In this document: positions 25,990 to 37,033 of the stretch, in pieces
Layout: each line of letters opens with the position of its first letter
Position numbering within the stretch: position 1 is the stretch's first letter
Source: Escherichia coli phage phiS
Sequence record: PP449093.1
Direction: 5' to 3' (one strand)
DNA length: 64,000 nt
Program-made: the position numbers and the translations under genes
The notes under the pieces: model-generated
The model's database searches: none
The model's input: the letters and a program-made list of their open reading frames with translations, nothing else
Told to the model about the DNA's origin: nothing

Positions 25990-27047
25990 TATACCGCACT
26001 CCCAAATATAGTACCACGGGAAAGTGTCAAGATCTCTCTAAATGATACTTCCAGAACAAAGGTACTAGGCAAGTTAGGAGAAATAGCAAGGCCATTAAAC
26101 TTACCATCAGGCGACTTGTCCAGACGTACACTTGAGATCTGAGCGGGACCAAATGCATCGCTACGCCCTTCAAACGATGTACGCTTACCGAAGTTAGAGA
26201 TCATCCATATTGTCGGGTTAGATACAGTAATTGCGTTTGATAGAAAATCGGTGATCCCTTCAAACAGCGTATCATTTCTCTTTGCCTCGGCTGGAGTGGA
26301 TTTGCTCAATAGTGTATTTTTATACCACGCATCAACTTCCGCTTTTAATTCTTTTGCGGTGCTGGAAATACCACTAGAACCATAAGACAACTCTAAAAAC
26401 GTTTCGTATATGATCAGAATATTGCGAAGGTCTTCAATACTACGTGGGGTTAGATGCCATACGTAGTTTTTCGTTCGTGCGTCAGCACCCGCATACATGC
26501 TTCGCGCAGTATTATAAATCTGTTCACCGTGATCGGCAAGGTATCCACCAGTAATACTTTCGATACCACCAAAAACGGCAGTAGATGCCATATTAGAAAG
26601 AGCACCGCCTAAAGTACCACCGCCGCGAGAAATAACAGATTCACCAACATCATTAAACTTATGGCTGGCAGCGTCAACGTCAGATTGACTACGAGGAAGA
26701 AGAATATTAGCAATTGCCTCTCGGTCAAATGCAACATTTCTCCCACCCAAATTTAAATCAAAACCAGCGATATTAACACTACCGCCAAAACCGCTAGCAA
26801 CATTTTTCTTTTTCCTGAAATCACGCAACGATCCGGTAGTACGAGATGTATAATCGTATGCAGTGAATAACAGACCATTATTATATAAGTCGTTGATATA
26901 ATAACCGCTAGCATCATTACCGCTAGCACGTTCAGCGGGGAATTGAGCGGTTAATGTTTTCCCTTTATTTTTTGAGGTAAAACCAGCGGAGGTTTTAACC
27001 CCCGCTTTAAAGCTATCAACGACATCATTGATAACACTAATTTTCAT
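25989..27047 (-). CDS. 48: Baseplate tail tube cap (gp48-like)
   Basis: 352 aa; position and size. Confidence 0.75.
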   Translation of the reverse strand: MKISVINDVVDSFKAGVKTSAGFTSKNKGKTLTAQFPAERASGNDASGYYINDLYNNGLLFTAYDYTSRTTGSLRDFRKKKNVASGFGGSVNIAGFDLNLGGRNVAFDREAIANILLPRSQSDVDAASHKFNDVGESVISRGGGTLGGALSNMASTAVFGGIESITGGYLADHGEQIYNTARSMYAGADARTKNYVWHLTPRSIEDLRNILIIYETFLELSYGSSGISSTAKELKAEVDAWYKNTLLSKSTPAEAKRNDTLFEGITDFLSNAITVSNPTIWMISNFGKRTSFEGRSDAFGPAQISSVRLDKSPDGKFNGLAISPNLPSTFVLEVSFREILTLSRGTIFGSAV

Positions 27048-28780
27048 TAAAAGTTCCCCATATTAATTGTACCCGGGGCATCAATTCTAGTTGTTGGTGC
27101 ACCCTGTTTAATAGTTCTATTGTTTGTTACAATTTGTGTATTATTTACGTTTGAGGTCTGGTTTGTCGTTTGTTGCTGGATTGCAGCTTGTTTCTGCATT
27201 TGTTCAGTACGTTCCGCTTGTTTTGCTGTTTCCGTTTCAGTTGCAGGAACCGGCTGTGTTTGCACAACACCCTTAGTTTTATCAGCATACATCTCATCAA
27301 ATTTTTCAATAAGACGCTCTAACTGAGAACGATCACTTTCAACTAATGTAGGATCTTGAACTTGCTCACGGTAAACATCAATATCCTTTTTCAACTCTCC
27401 CATTCTTTCTTTGTCATAGTCACCGCTCAAATTCTCCATAACTTCATTAATATTATTGATCGCGCCCTCGCTTTTAATTCTAAGTTTACGACTAGCAGAT
27501 CGTTGTTCAGCAGAAACAGACTTGTATTCCCCGCGTTTTAATTCTTCTTGTCGTTTCTCTGCGTCAACATCCTTTTGATCTCGCCAACCCAGACTAACAA
27601 GACCTTCGTTAACTTTATCCTTAATAGAATCCCCAATAGCTTCGCCAATATCACGGGCTTTTCCGGTCCAACCAGTACGCTCTCCATATTTGTCTTCTTC
27701 GTGTTCAGACTCGACCTTATCCATTAATTCGAGTTCTCTTTCATTTGGCGTATAGCCTTGAGCGACAGCAGATTTTAAAGCACCATATTCTAACTTATCG
27801 GCATAATCACCCATACCAGGGATCATACGAAGAATTTTAGCAATACCAGTAGTGATAATTCGATCAAGTTGGATAAAGGTTTTATAGAATGCATCACCAA
27901 TACCCATAACAAGAGATTTAATTAACTCTCCATATTCGCCTTTAGACCAATAATCTCGAACCTGACGAACAGTAGTTAAAATATCGCTAATAGGACCAGC
28001 CCATCCTCCGGCCTTATCCATAAATTCCTTGAATTTTGTTTCGAATAAATCACTCCAATATCTGAAATGAACCATCAGGGTATCAATGACAAAAACAATA
28101 CCCATCAAAATAGCACCCCATTTTGCGGCTTCTGCCATAGCGGTCAATGTGATCTTAAATAACATCCCTAAGACCTTATTAGAGATACCTATGGTTTCTT
28201 TAAATCCTCCACGAACAACTTTAAGAAGATTTTCCATAGAATCCGCATTACGCTTATCTGTGGCGTTCTTTTTCTTTCGGTCATCAACATCTGGTTTTTT
28301 CTTTGGAAGACCTTGATAGTTGTCATTGTTAGGCTGTTCCGGTACAGTAGGCAAAACTGGCTGAGGTGATGGCATTGTTTGCGGTTGTTCCGGTTTTTTC
28401 AATGCTTCTTCAATCGCACCAATACCACTAGCCATTTTACTGACAACACCAAATCTACGTTCCATCATAACACCAAAACCACGTAATTTCTCATTCATCT
28501 GAGAAGAGAAATTATTGAGTTTTTGCAATTCTTCATAAGTTTTTTGGGTATTGCCAGCGGTAGATTGTGTATTTTCTGCCGTCAATTCATTGGCTGCGGT
28601 GTTATCCTCTACCGCACCAACAACTTCATTAGATTTTTGTTCCACTGTCTCCGCCACCAATTCGGTAGCGGCTTGCAAATTATCAATAGAATCAAGTTTA
28701 TCTAATTTGTTAATTTTATCAATCGGGTTTTCTTCCGCTTCCTTGCGCATCCCGCGAAATGATGTTAATGCGTCATTCAT
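27047..28780 (-). CDS. 29: Tail length tape-measure protein (gp29-like)
   Basis: 577 aa; Q/T-rich N-terminus, central hydrophobic segment; position. Confidence 0.7.
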   Translation of the reverse strand: MNDALTSFRGMRKEAEENPIDKINKLDKLDSIDNLQAATELVAETVEQKSNEVVGAVEDNTAANELTAENTQSTAGNTQKTYEELQKLNNFSSQMNEKLRGFGVMMERRFGVVSKMASGIGAIEEALKKPEQPQTMPSPQPVLPTVPEQPNNDNYQGLPKKKPDVDDRKKKNATDKRNADSMENLLKVVRGGFKETIGISNKVLGMLFKITLTAMAEAAKWGAILMGIVFVIDTLMVHFRYWSDLFETKFKEFMDKAGGWAGPISDILTTVRQVRDYWSKGEYGELIKSLVMGIGDAFYKTFIQLDRIITTGIAKILRMIPGMGDYADKLEYGALKSAVAQGYTPNERELELMDKVESEHEEDKYGERTGWTGKARDIGEAIGDSIKDKVNEGLVSLGWRDQKDVDAEKRQEELKRGEYKSVSAEQRSASRKLRIKSEGAINNINEVMENLSGDYDKERMGELKKDIDVYREQVQDPTLVESDRSQLERLIEKFDEMYADKTKGVVQTQPVPATETETAKQAERTEQMQKQAAIQQQTTNQTSNVNNTQIVTNNRTIKQGAPTTRIDAPGTINMGNF

Positions 28781-29295
28781 GATAGGCGATCCAATATGTT
28801 AATTCCACCATAGATAGTACCTTCCGGTGTATCCAGTGCAATAGTTTTTCTTAATCCTGTAGCCCAATCCATAATAAAAGCTGGGAAATCATGGAAGTCT
28901 ACGCTAGGATCGTGATAATGATGACTCAAGAAATCAGCGTCATCGATAATGGGGTCAGAAGTATACATTGGATTTTTAAATTTAAAGACTTTACCATTTA
29001 AAGTAAATTCAGTCTCTGTACAAATATACACATCAGACAGCTTAAGACCATCTTTTTCTTCCAGACACTTACCATTAAACGCACAAAGGTTAAGCATAAC
29101 CAATTCCGACTCGGCAGCGTTTAACCCAGGACAGATTGAATCAAGAAGAATCTTTAATGTTTCATCACAGCTACGAACATCTTTTAATAATCGATGTTGC
29201 TTAATCCCCATTTTTGGGATCTTAATATGTTTCCCGTTTATCTCTAATTTTTTTACAGGAACAACAAATTTTAACATAGGTTTAGTTTCTGTCAT
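28777..29295 (-). CDS. 28: Baseplate hub distal subunit (gp28-like)
   Basis: 172 aa; position. Confidence 0.65.
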   Translation of the reverse strand: MTETKPMLKFVVPVKKLEINGKHIKIPKMGIKQHRLLKDVRSCDETLKILLDSICPGLNAAESELVMLNLCAFNGKCLEEKDGLKLSDVYICTETEFTLNGKVFKFKNPMYTSDPIIDDADFLSHHYHDPSVDFHDFPAFIMDWATGLRKTIALDTPEGTIYGGINILDRLS

Positions 29296-30404
29296 TATAT
29301 CTTACCTTCAAATTTGACTTCCTGTAATTCTTCGCTGTTACCGATCATATACAGGTGAGTTAATGATTGCTCTCGGCTAATTTCATGCACAACTTCGTCA
29401 ACAATAAAATCATTGCGTGCTTGTTGTTTCTCATCAAAGAATCGAATAACCATGCCGGGGCGCAACGAAAAATTACCGTGACACACGGCGGTAGCATATG
29501 AATCATATTGTTCTATTGTGGCAAGTTTAGAACCTTCCAAAAACGCATTCTTATAAGTTAAATTACCATAAGCGCCACCATGAGCAAAGTGTGCAATATT
29601 ATCCCCATTACCAACAACAATTTTATTATACTGCTTAGTAACAAAATCAATAGTTGTGTATGTCACATTGCTAAATGAATTTTTAACTTTAGCATTGCTC
29701 TTAGTCTGCCACTCGAAATTAAAAACCATCAGATTAGGCGACATATCAATAAATTGCCCCATGAGTCTAGGCTCACAGATTATAGCTGGTATTGGCTCAT
29801 TTTTTAATATTGTATCGTATCCAGCAATCGTTATACCATCAAAATCTTCCCAGCAATACACGAAAGACTCGGTTTCTACGCTTTGCCCGTATGCCCTAAC
29901 AAAATCCATATAGTCATTTATGGTACTAACCCACGGACAACGAGGAATAACAACGTTATCACCCTTTATAGTAGGTTTCCATAAAGGAACTTCCTTATAG
30001 ATGGCATCAATCATGCTAGTTACGTTATTAACCGCGTTATTTGTCAATGAGCGAGAAAATTTAAGGTTTAATGTTTCGTGATAGCTCTTTAACTGGAATG
30101 TTAAAATATTGTCGGATTTTTGGTCAATTGTTACATTACTATGAGAGATCCCATAGATTCGGTTAAACACTTCATCTGTATTAGCAGTGGACAGCGAAAT
30201 CTGAATAATCTCTCGTCCGTTTAATTTTGTATGCATCGCTTTATTATCATAGAATTGCAACAATCCTTCATTGACCCCACGGATCGAATCACGCAGAGTC
30301 ATTGTAACAAAGGTAGCACCCAACTCTATAAAGCGATGATTTAGAAACGCCTCATAATCCTGATAAAGTTTTATTGAGACATTAGGAAACCCCGTTCTTT
30401 GCAT
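29295..30404 (-). CDS. 27: Baseplate hub subunit (gp27-like)
   Basis: 369 aa; position. Confidence 0.75.
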   Translation of the reverse strand: MQRTGFPNVSIKLYQDYEAFLNHRFIELGATFVTMTLRDSIRGVNEGLLQFYDNKAMHTKLNGREIIQISLSTANTDEVFNRIYGISHSNVTIDQKSDNILTFQLKSYHETLNLKFSRSLTNNAVNNVTSMIDAIYKEVPLWKPTIKGDNVVIPRCPWVSTINDYMDFVRAYGQSVETESFVYCWEDFDGITIAGYDTILKNEPIPAIICEPRLMGQFIDMSPNLMVFNFEWQTKSNAKVKNSFSNVTYTTIDFVTKQYNKIVVGNGDNIAHFAHGGAYGNLTYKNAFLEGSKLATIEQYDSYATAVCHGNFSLRPGMVIRFFDEKQQARNDFIVDEVVHEISREQSLTHLYMIGNSEELQEVKFEGKI

Positions 30405-31152
30405 TATTTGCCTCTTTTACGTCTTTCTCGACCAGTGTCAGTGCAATGTTTCTCTCAATCGGTAACATATCCATAAGATCACTGATAGAATAATTTGATT
30501 TTGCCAATAGATGGTTTATTCGATAAAAGATGAATAACTCATCTGGATTCAACAACAATTTGAATAATGGAAGAAGACCTATGTATTTCAGGTCATGACT
30601 TTCACAACAAGATATCTTTTGTTCGATCTTGATTGTGTGCATCTGCTTAACAACTTCTTCAAATTCAGCAAATGAGATTGAATCGATAACCTGTTCTCTA
30701 ACTTCTTCCGGTAATTCAGTCCATAGATAATCATTAATACCATCAGATACACGCTCTATCGCATCCAGAAACGTTTTTGCATAGTCGGTTGATGGTTTAA
30801 CATACCGGAAAGTTATTTTAAGCCCTGCGGCCTCTAGAACGATTGGTTTTAGTGCTTCAACCTGTAAGTTAAGCAACATTTTTCTTTCTTTGTTGCAAGT
30901 CGGGCAAGTAAAACAAAGCGGTATCTTAGTTTTACCAATTGAACTAGTAAAGACATTCAGGAAAATATATTCACGAAATGCCGGATCTACTTCTGGATAT
31001 ATTTCTTCTAATAGCTCATCCAGAATCGTTTGTTCTTCTTCTGGATTCATCTTAATTTCAGTTGACACCAGAAGGAAATCTCTATAATCTTTTACCGTGA
31101 ATGGTTTAAATCTCTGCACACCTTCCGGTAGTTTTATTCGGATAATATTCAT
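30382..31152 (-). CDS. 51: Baseplate hub assembly protein (gp51-like)
   Basis: 256 aa; Cys-rich CFTCPTCN; late promoter upstream. Confidence 0.65.
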   Translation of the reverse strand: MNIIRIKLPEGVQRFKPFTVKDYRDFLLVSTEIKMNPEEEQTILDELLEEIYPEVDPAFREYIFLNVFTSSIGKTKIPLCFTCPTCNKERKMLLNLQVEALKPIVLEAAGLKITFRYVKPSTDYAKTFLDAIERVSDGINDYLWTELPEEVREQVIDSISFAEFEEVVKQMHTIKIEQKISCCESHDLKYIGLLPLFKLLLNPDELFIFYRINHLLAKSNYSISDLMDMLPIERNIALTLVEKDVKEANNAKNGVS

Positions 31153-31172
31153 GGTATAATCCCCCTTTCGGG

Positions 31173-31180
31173 TATTTATA
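31173..31180 (-). promoter_or_regulatory. T4-type late promoter TATAAATA (for gene 51)
   Basis: Reverse complement of tatttata, about 20 nt upstream of the ATG. Confidence 0.5.
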
Positions 31181-31222
31181 AAATACTAAATAATTCTATG
31201 TGTTTATAAAGGGTGTTTTATT

Positions 31223-31852
31223 ATGCAATACTTTTTCAAGATCCAATTAGGCGAAAAGTTGATACACGCCCGTGCTTTCACCTTCGGCGAATTTCAAAAA
31301 CTGGTAGCAGCAAAAGAGACTGGCAAGCTGTCAGAGGTTGTTATAGAGATCATACATGAATGTACGGGGATCAATGCATTAGAGCTAGAGAAATGCGAAG
31401 CAGAATATATTTTTCTTCTCTTATGGTGTCACAGCCTCAATAAGATGAAAATTGATGCTACTTGGGTGTGTGGTGTATGCAATAAAGAGAAAGTATACTC
31501 TCTTGATGTTTCACGCACACAGATACCAGAAGTTGAACCGTATATTCTGGACTTAGGACAAGTAAAAATCAAGTTTCGTCAACCTAAGTTTACAGAAGAT
31601 GTTGATATTATGCAGATGGTAATTGCATGTATCGAATATATCGTGATCGGCGATCAGCAATTCAATATAGACGACCTGAACGCACAGGACTTTGACCGCG
31701 TGCTGGATATGCTTACCACGGATAAAGTGGAAGAAGTGATCGACGAGCTAACAAGAAATCAAATCACGCTGGCAGTACCGATCAAGTGCGAATGCGGGGA
31801 ATCTGGTGTATATTCATTATCAGGTCTATCCAGTTTCCTTAAAATTCTTTGA
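31223..31852 (+). CDS. 26: Baseplate hub subunit (gp26-like)
   Basis: 209 aa; divergent from gene 51 as in T4. Confidence 0.7.
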   Translation: MQYFFKIQLGEKLIHARAFTFGEFQKLVAAKETGKLSEVVIEIIHECTGINALELEKCEAEYIFLLLWCHSLNKMKIDATWVCGVCNKEKVYSLDVSRTQIPEVEPYILDLGQVKIKFRQPKFTEDVDIMQMVIACIEYIVIGDQQFNIDDLNAQDFDRVLDMLTTDKVEEVIDELTRNQITLAVPIKCECGESGVYSLSGLSSFLKIL

Positions 31853-31860
31853 GGTATAAC

Positions 31861-32247
31861 ATGGCAACTATTAATCAGATGTATACTGATTTGGATCTCA
31901 ATATATCCAGATCGTGGAATAACGACGTTAAAAAGAACATAGGGATTAAAGCGGTTAAGGATTCTATTCTACTGATCGTGACTACTCGCAAGGGATCTCG
32001 TCCATTTGATCCACTGTTTGGATGCGATCTCAATAAATCACTGTTTGAGAACATGAACCCACTGACAGTGGATACCTTATCAAAAAACATCAATGAGGCG
32101 ATCCGAAACTATGAACCACGGGTCCGAAACCTGACAGTAGAAGTAACTCCGCAGTACGACGATAACTCGATCATAGTATCAATCTACTTTTCAGTAATAG
32201 ATAACCCAGATGATCTTGAACAACTACGCATAAGACTTGCAAAGTGA
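31861..32247 (+). CDS. 25: Baseplate wedge subunit gp25 (lysozyme-like fold)
   Basis: TTRKGSRPFDPLFGCDL and EPRVRNLTVEV blocks resemble T4 gp25; GAGG RBS. Confidence 0.85.
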   Translation: MATINQMYTDLDLNISRSWNNDVKKNIGIKAVKDSILLIVTTRKGSRPFDPLFGCDLNKSLFENMNPLTVDTLSKNINEAIRNYEPRVRNLTVEVTPQYDDNSIIVSIYFSVIDNPDDLEQLRIRLAK

Positions 32248-32294
32248 TTTTGTGTGTGATATGATATAGGTCTTAGTGTGAATAAGGGGATATT

Positions 32295-32702
32295 ATGGAC
32301 CTAAACGATTTGAAAGAACAATTAGAAGCTGACATGAAGATCGATGCGACTAAGTTGCAATGGGAGGCGCTGAATAATCCGGTAGTATACTCAAAGTGGT
32401 TAAGGATTTACAGCGAGGCGAAAAGAGAGACGATTGCTCTTGAGGCTAAAAAGAAAAAGGCTATGAAAAATCGTCTTGACTTTTACACTAACCGTAGTGA
32501 TGACTGGTGTCGCGCTGAATATGAGAAATCAGAATTGAAAGTTGTCATGGCAGCAGACGACGAGATCTTACCGCTTGATACGAAAATTGCATATTACCAG
32601 ATGGTAATGGATTTTGCTGGTCGCGCACTTGATATCGTTAAATCTCGTGGATTTGCGATCAAGAATGCTATAGAATTGCGTATGCTGGAATCTGGACGCT
32701 AA
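32295..32702 (+). CDS. uvsY: Recombination mediator UvsY
   Basis: 135 aa; KLQWEALNNPVVYSKWL and KSRGFAIKN blocks as in T4 UvsY. Confidence 0.85.
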   Translation: MDLNDLKEQLEADMKIDATKLQWEALNNPVVYSKWLRIYSEAKRETIALEAKKKKAMKNRLDFYTNRSDDWCRAEYEKSELKVVMAADDEILPLDTKIAYYQMVMDFAGRALDIVKSRGFAIKNAIELRMLESGR

Positions 32703-32723
32703 ATACATGCAGGAGGAATTTTT

Positions 32724-32900
32724 ATGAAAATCTGTATTTGTTGTAAACAACCTGTCGAGGATGCGTTAGCCGTCCAGACAGAAAACGGCGTTGTTCACAC
32801 TGGCTACTGCTTACAGCTAGTAACAGAACGTTCGATTAGTGAAGATGCGAACGGCGAAGAACAAGAACAACTCGTAGAGCAAACAATGCTGTTAATGTAA
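32724..32900 (+). CDS. Small Cys-rich protein (58 aa)
   Basis: AGGAGGA RBS; CICC..C pattern; followed by terminator. Confidence 0.4.
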   Translation: MKICICCKQPVEDALAVQTENGVVHTGYCLQLVTERSISEDANGEEQEQLVEQTMLLM

Positions 32901-32933
32901 TTTGTTGATAACCGATTTTAATTGGTTTATTTT

Positions 32934-32958
32934 GCCCCATCATTGATGGGGCTTTTTT
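32934..32958 (+). terminator. Rho-independent terminator
   Basis: GCCCCATC att GATGGGGC followed by TTTTTT. Confidence 0.65.
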
Positions 32959-32963
32959 ATATC

Positions 32964-33200
32964 TTAAAAATCCTCTTCCGGCTCCTCTTCTGGCTCGTTG
33001 TCCGCTTCCAGTTGCTTACGGCGTCCAGCGATGGCATCACGGATCGAAATATCATCAGCAGGTTTCAATTCTGTTTCTTTCTTGCGCTTCTCATAATATG
33101 CCTCAAGTTCATTTAATCCCTCGATAGTATTACAAGAATAAATCTTACGCATGAAACCGTCAATAGCGGCCTCAACCAAAAAACGTTTAAAGCTAATCAT
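32964..33200 (-). CDS. UvsW.1-like small acidic protein
   Basis: 78 aa directly downstream of uvsW on the same strand. Confidence 0.55.
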   Translation of the reverse strand: MISFKRFLVEAAIDGFMRKIYSCNTIEGLNELEAYYEKRKKETELKPADDISIRDAIAGRRKQLEADNEPEEEPEEDF

Positions 33201-33243
33201 TTTTAATCTCCGTAGAATAAAGGGGCATTAAAGCCCCTATTTA

Positions 33244-34746
33244 TTAGATCTCGATTGTTTTCGTGACATATTCGAATCGATCGGTGTTATAAATTTTTAT
33301 TCTTTCAAGCGCATGTTTAAGAGCATAATTAAGGTGGCTAAACTGTTTCTTAGCATTCTTGCTCTTTGTCTTAACCGCCAAATGATCGATAAGATCCCAG
33401 ACCGTTGCAATATCCTTAGAACCATGTTTACGCAATGCACGACCGATACTCTGACGAACGATAGTTGATTCCTTCACTGGATGACCGAAAATAACATGAT
33501 GCAAATTCTTAATTGAAACACCAGTAGAGAATACACCATAAGACGCAACACAAATGATCCCGGTGTCACCCTCCGCCATTTTCTTAAATTCATCACGTTC
33601 TTCTGTCTTAACTCCACCGTCAATATAATAAACCTTGTCGTGTACCTTCTGTAACGCGTCATACATAAGTTTTCCGTGCTTAGTATTGCGGAACATAAGG
33701 AATACGTTTTCGCCCTTCTTAGCGAGTTTTAGCGCCAAATTACAAGCAAACTTATTACGTCGTGGGTTAGACGTAATATACTTGATCTCTTCCGCATATT
33801 CTCTACCCTTAACCGCGCTACATTCCTCATCGGTATAACGAAGGAAAAGACAGTTAATTTTCAGTTTTGTCACCTGGCCTTCTTCCATCAGGCGGTCAAT
33901 ACTCACGATCTTAGAAATATCACCGAAAAGCCCGACATACTGCATCATGTTAGCTTTCCCGTCACGAGGGGAACCAGTCATGCCGATCTTAAATTGGCAA
34001 TGATCCATATCAGTAACGATGTTTAGCAGGTTTTTAGCAGTAGCCTTGTGACATTCATCAACAATTACCATCCCAAATTGTTGGAACCACTCACGAGGCT
34101 GTTTACATGCTGACTGCCACGTACTAACAACGATCAGGCGATCACCTACGTGTTTACTAGTACCGCTCATGATAGTATGAATTGCTTCATACGGAAACTG
34201 GCGATAATCAACAAAGTCATCACGCATTTGCAGCACTAGCGACGTGGTAGGAACGATGATCAGCACTTTCCCTTCGTAGTTCTCTAAGTACCAACGAGAC
34301 AACATACAAGCAATCGCAGATTTACCAGCGGACGTAGGCAAAACTAACATACGGCGTTTATGATGAATACCTTCAAAGACAGCCTTTGACTGATACCAAT
34401 GCGGGGTGATCCTGTTAGCACCGGAATATAATTCTAAGTCATTACACCATTTTGTAATTTCTTCTTCTGTAACTTGTTCTTTTTCGAATAAGCGAGGATC
34501 TACCCATACGCTATAGCCCATATTTTTAGCGAAGATTCCCACGGTTTTAGTTAGGCCGATTGGCAGCTTTCCGTTGTAATCTAAAAGACGAATACGCCCA
34601 TCCCAGCCGCCGTATTTTACTCGTTTTTGAAATCTTGCTCCCTCGACTTCAAAACTAAAATAATCTCGCATTTCTAATAAAATTGAATCGCTACATTCAA
34701 TTTGAACATGGGAATAGTTCAGAAAGTGAATTTTAATATCTTGCAT
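33244..34746 (-). CDS. uvsW: UvsW helicase (SF2)
   Basis: Walker A LPTSAGKS, DECH box MVIVDECH; N-terminus MQDIKIHF parallels T4 UvsW. Confidence 0.9.
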   Translation of the reverse strand: MQDIKIHFLNYSHVQIECSDSILLEMRDYFSFEVEGARFQKRVKYGGWDGRIRLLDYNGKLPIGLTKTVGIFAKNMGYSVWVDPRLFEKEQVTEEEITKWCNDLELYSGANRITPHWYQSKAVFEGIHHKRRMLVLPTSAGKSAIACMLSRWYLENYEGKVLIIVPTTSLVLQMRDDFVDYRQFPYEAIHTIMSGTSKHVGDRLIVVSTWQSACKQPREWFQQFGMVIVDECHKATAKNLLNIVTDMDHCQFKIGMTGSPRDGKANMMQYVGLFGDISKIVSIDRLMEEGQVTKLKINCLFLRYTDEECSAVKGREYAEEIKYITSNPRRNKFACNLALKLAKKGENVFLMFRNTKHGKLMYDALQKVHDKVYYIDGGVKTEERDEFKKMAEGDTGIICVASYGVFSTGVSIKNLHHVIFGHPVKESTIVRQSIGRALRKHGSKDIATVWDLIDHLAVKTKSKNAKKQFSHLNYALKHALERIKIYNTDRFEYVTKTIEI

Positions 34747-34782
34747 AGCGAATAGCCTCACTCAATAAATACAGTATACAAA

Positions 34783-34790
34783 TATTTATA
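34783..34790 (-). promoter_or_regulatory. T4-type late promoter TATAAATA (upstream of uvsW)
   Basis: Reverse complement of tatttata. Confidence 0.45.
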
Positions 34791-34816
34791 CAAACACCCC
34801 CAATCAGGAGAATAAC

Positions 34817-35542
34817 ATGTTTGATAAAGAATATTTCGAAGAACTCCTCGCTATTGCGGCGTCCGACGACAAAGAAGCACAGAAAACAGCTAAAACAGAA
34901 TTAGCGGACTACGCAAAACAATTTGACATCAAGGCCAAAAAGACTTTATCACTAGAGAACATGATCGAGTTCGTAGAAACCGAATTAACTAAACTGGCTT
35001 CCGAAATGGAAGAAGAAACTCCGGCAGAAGGAACCAGTATTAACGATCTTATTCTGGCAGCAGACACCGCAGAGGATAAAGTGGTATTCGACGAAGTTGA
35101 CCCGTCTCTGGTTGAAGCAATGAAAGAACCTGAGATCGTCATTGAAGAAACAAAAGAAGAATCTCCAGCAGTTGAACCAGTGGTCGAAGAAGTTAAGTCA
35201 GATGTTGAAGAAGCACCGGAAGTTAAAGTGGAATCTCCGGTAGCAAACATTTTCTCTGACGAAGCAGAACATCGTTCCCCCGCACATGACACTGATTCAT
35301 TTTGCGATCTTACTGGCTTCCGTCCGACCATTTGCTTGATCGGTGGCGGTCGTGGTTACTACTCCTGCCCGTGGTGGATTTTCGACTGGATCGTTAATAC
35401 TCCAGATTGGAAGAAGTATCCAGAACGTTTCCCGCACGCGTATGTACACGACACCCTCAAGTCACTGATCTATTATATCAAACGCGATGGGTCTGTCAAG
35501 GTGCGAGAGACTAAACATAGCCAATTCCACACACTCAAGTAA
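34817..35542 (+). CDS. Acidic protein, possible Inh homolog by position only
   Basis: 241 aa, E/D-rich central region, Cys/Trp-rich C-terminus; lies between uvsW and hoc. Confidence 0.4.
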   Translation: MFDKEYFEELLAIAASDDKEAQKTAKTELADYAKQFDIKAKKTLSLENMIEFVETELTKLASEMEEETPAEGTSINDLILAADTAEDKVVFDEVDPSLVEAMKEPEIVIEETKEESPAVEPVVEEVKSDVEEAPEVKVESPVANIFSDEAEHRSPAHDTDSFCDLTGFRPTICLIGGGRGYYSCPWWIFDWIVNTPDWKKYPERFPHAYVHDTLKSLIYYIKRDGSVKVRETKHSQFHTLK

Positions 35543-35807
35543 TTTTTGGGTGATAAAAGTTGTGAAATATTTGTTATAATTTTAATTGTAGTTCCGTTAT
35601 GCAATTAAAAAGAGGATACTACATGTCTAACAAAATCAATGTATTACATCAAACAGAACAAATACCCAGACGAGATCGATACTATTTCGGCCTCGTTGCA
35701 TCACTATTCTAATACTCATGTATTGGAATCTCGCAATGGTTATCTGGTTGATGGCAATCAACTATTTCAATTAATTAAATTCGGATTTTCTATGGGAGTG
35801 GCTTTAT

Positions 35808-37022
35808 ATGGCTTTCACAGTATCAATTAAATCTAACAAAAGATGTTTTCTTGCTGGAGATGGTTTCACCTTAACGGCGACTTTAGCGGGTGACGACCCA
35901 TTACCCAGCAATTTGACATATACATGGACAAAAGACGGCCAACCGCATGAAAATAAAACAGCTACGCTAACTGTAGAAGGCGCAACAAGTGAAAATGCGG
36001 GTAGCTATAAAGTAACGGTACAAGATACCGATACGATGGCATCAGTAGAATCTGAAGTTTTCCTCATGGAAGAAGCGGAATTAATCGTAAATATCACCGA
36101 ACCGCCGCATTTCTACGTATCATCACAAAAAGACGTAGAATTACATGCAACAGTAAATTTTTCGGGTGGGAAGACTCCAGCAGACAACTATGAACTACAT
36201 TATAGTTGGAGTAAGGGCGAAGAAGTTATAGACACAAAACAGAATACTACAATCAAAAAATTTACAGCAGATAAAAACGGCGTGTATACTGTAAAAGTGT
36301 GGGGTGAGTCGGAAAATTCAGCCGATAGCGCATCGACTAAAATCATGCTGGCAACAATGAACGTAGATCAGGATGTGGTGGAATCAAAGACCGTGGCACT
36401 AGGTAATGAGATCTTACTTAATTATGTTGTGTCAGAGGACATTGTAGGCGATTCTAGCGGTATGCCTGAATTGACGATCAAACATAACTGGTATTTGCAG
36501 CGCGAAGGGCAACCGTCACCGACTCTAATCGGTAGTGAGGACGGCGAAGCACTGGAAGGATTTTCTATCACTCCAGACGGTCATCTGTTCAAAGAGAGTG
36601 CTACTTACGATGACACAGCCAAATTCTGGTGTGTTGCTAAACTATATCAACAGATCGAAGATGAAACAGTAGAAGTTGCAGCAAGTACAAGCAGAAAATG
36701 TTCCATTGAAGTTGTTAAAATGTTTCGTTACGTACACCCGATCCCGTGGCGCAAAACTTCATTTATCTACATTGGATGGTGGGTATTTGACGAGATTGTT
36801 AAATTCAATGAGGCTGGGTTAGAGTGGCGTGACCGAGAAGTTTATTCTACCAGCAAGTACGCCAAAGATCTGGAGACAATCGCGGCAGCGGAAGAACAAT
36901 ATAGTGATTGCACTTGCATGGAATCTCGCAATGGTTTCATGTATCATTCCAAAGATTTACATAAACTGGACCGAGATACGTTAGAGCGAGTTCTACGCAT
37001 TCGTGAAACGCATCCTGCTTAA
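35808..37022 (+). CDS. hoc: Head outer capsid protein Hoc-like (tandem Ig-like domains)
   Basis: Repeated beta-rich Ig-like segments (YTWTKDG, GSYKVTV, GVYTVKVWG); terminator downstream. Confidence 0.65.
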   Translation: MAFTVSIKSNKRCFLAGDGFTLTATLAGDDPLPSNLTYTWTKDGQPHENKTATLTVEGATSENAGSYKVTVQDTDTMASVESEVFLMEEAELIVNITEPPHFYVSSQKDVELHATVNFSGGKTPADNYELHYSWSKGEEVIDTKQNTTIKKFTADKNGVYTVKVWGESENSADSASTKIMLATMNVDQDVVESKTVALGNEILLNYVVSEDIVGDSSGMPELTIKHNWYLQREGQPSPTLIGSEDGEALEGFSITPDGHLFKESATYDDTAKFWCVAKLYQQIEDETVEVAASTSRKCSIEVVKMFRYVHPIPWRKTSFIYIGWWVFDEIVKFNEAGLEWRDREVYSTSKYAKDLETIAAAEEQYSDCTCMESRNGFMYHSKDLHKLDRDTLERVLRIRETHPA

Positions 37023-37033
37023 TGAAATCTATC

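Noticed and set aside
27120-29317. Several 60-120 aa + strand ORFs within genes 29, 28 and 27
   Set aside because: Antisense to conserved late structural genes; no independent support.
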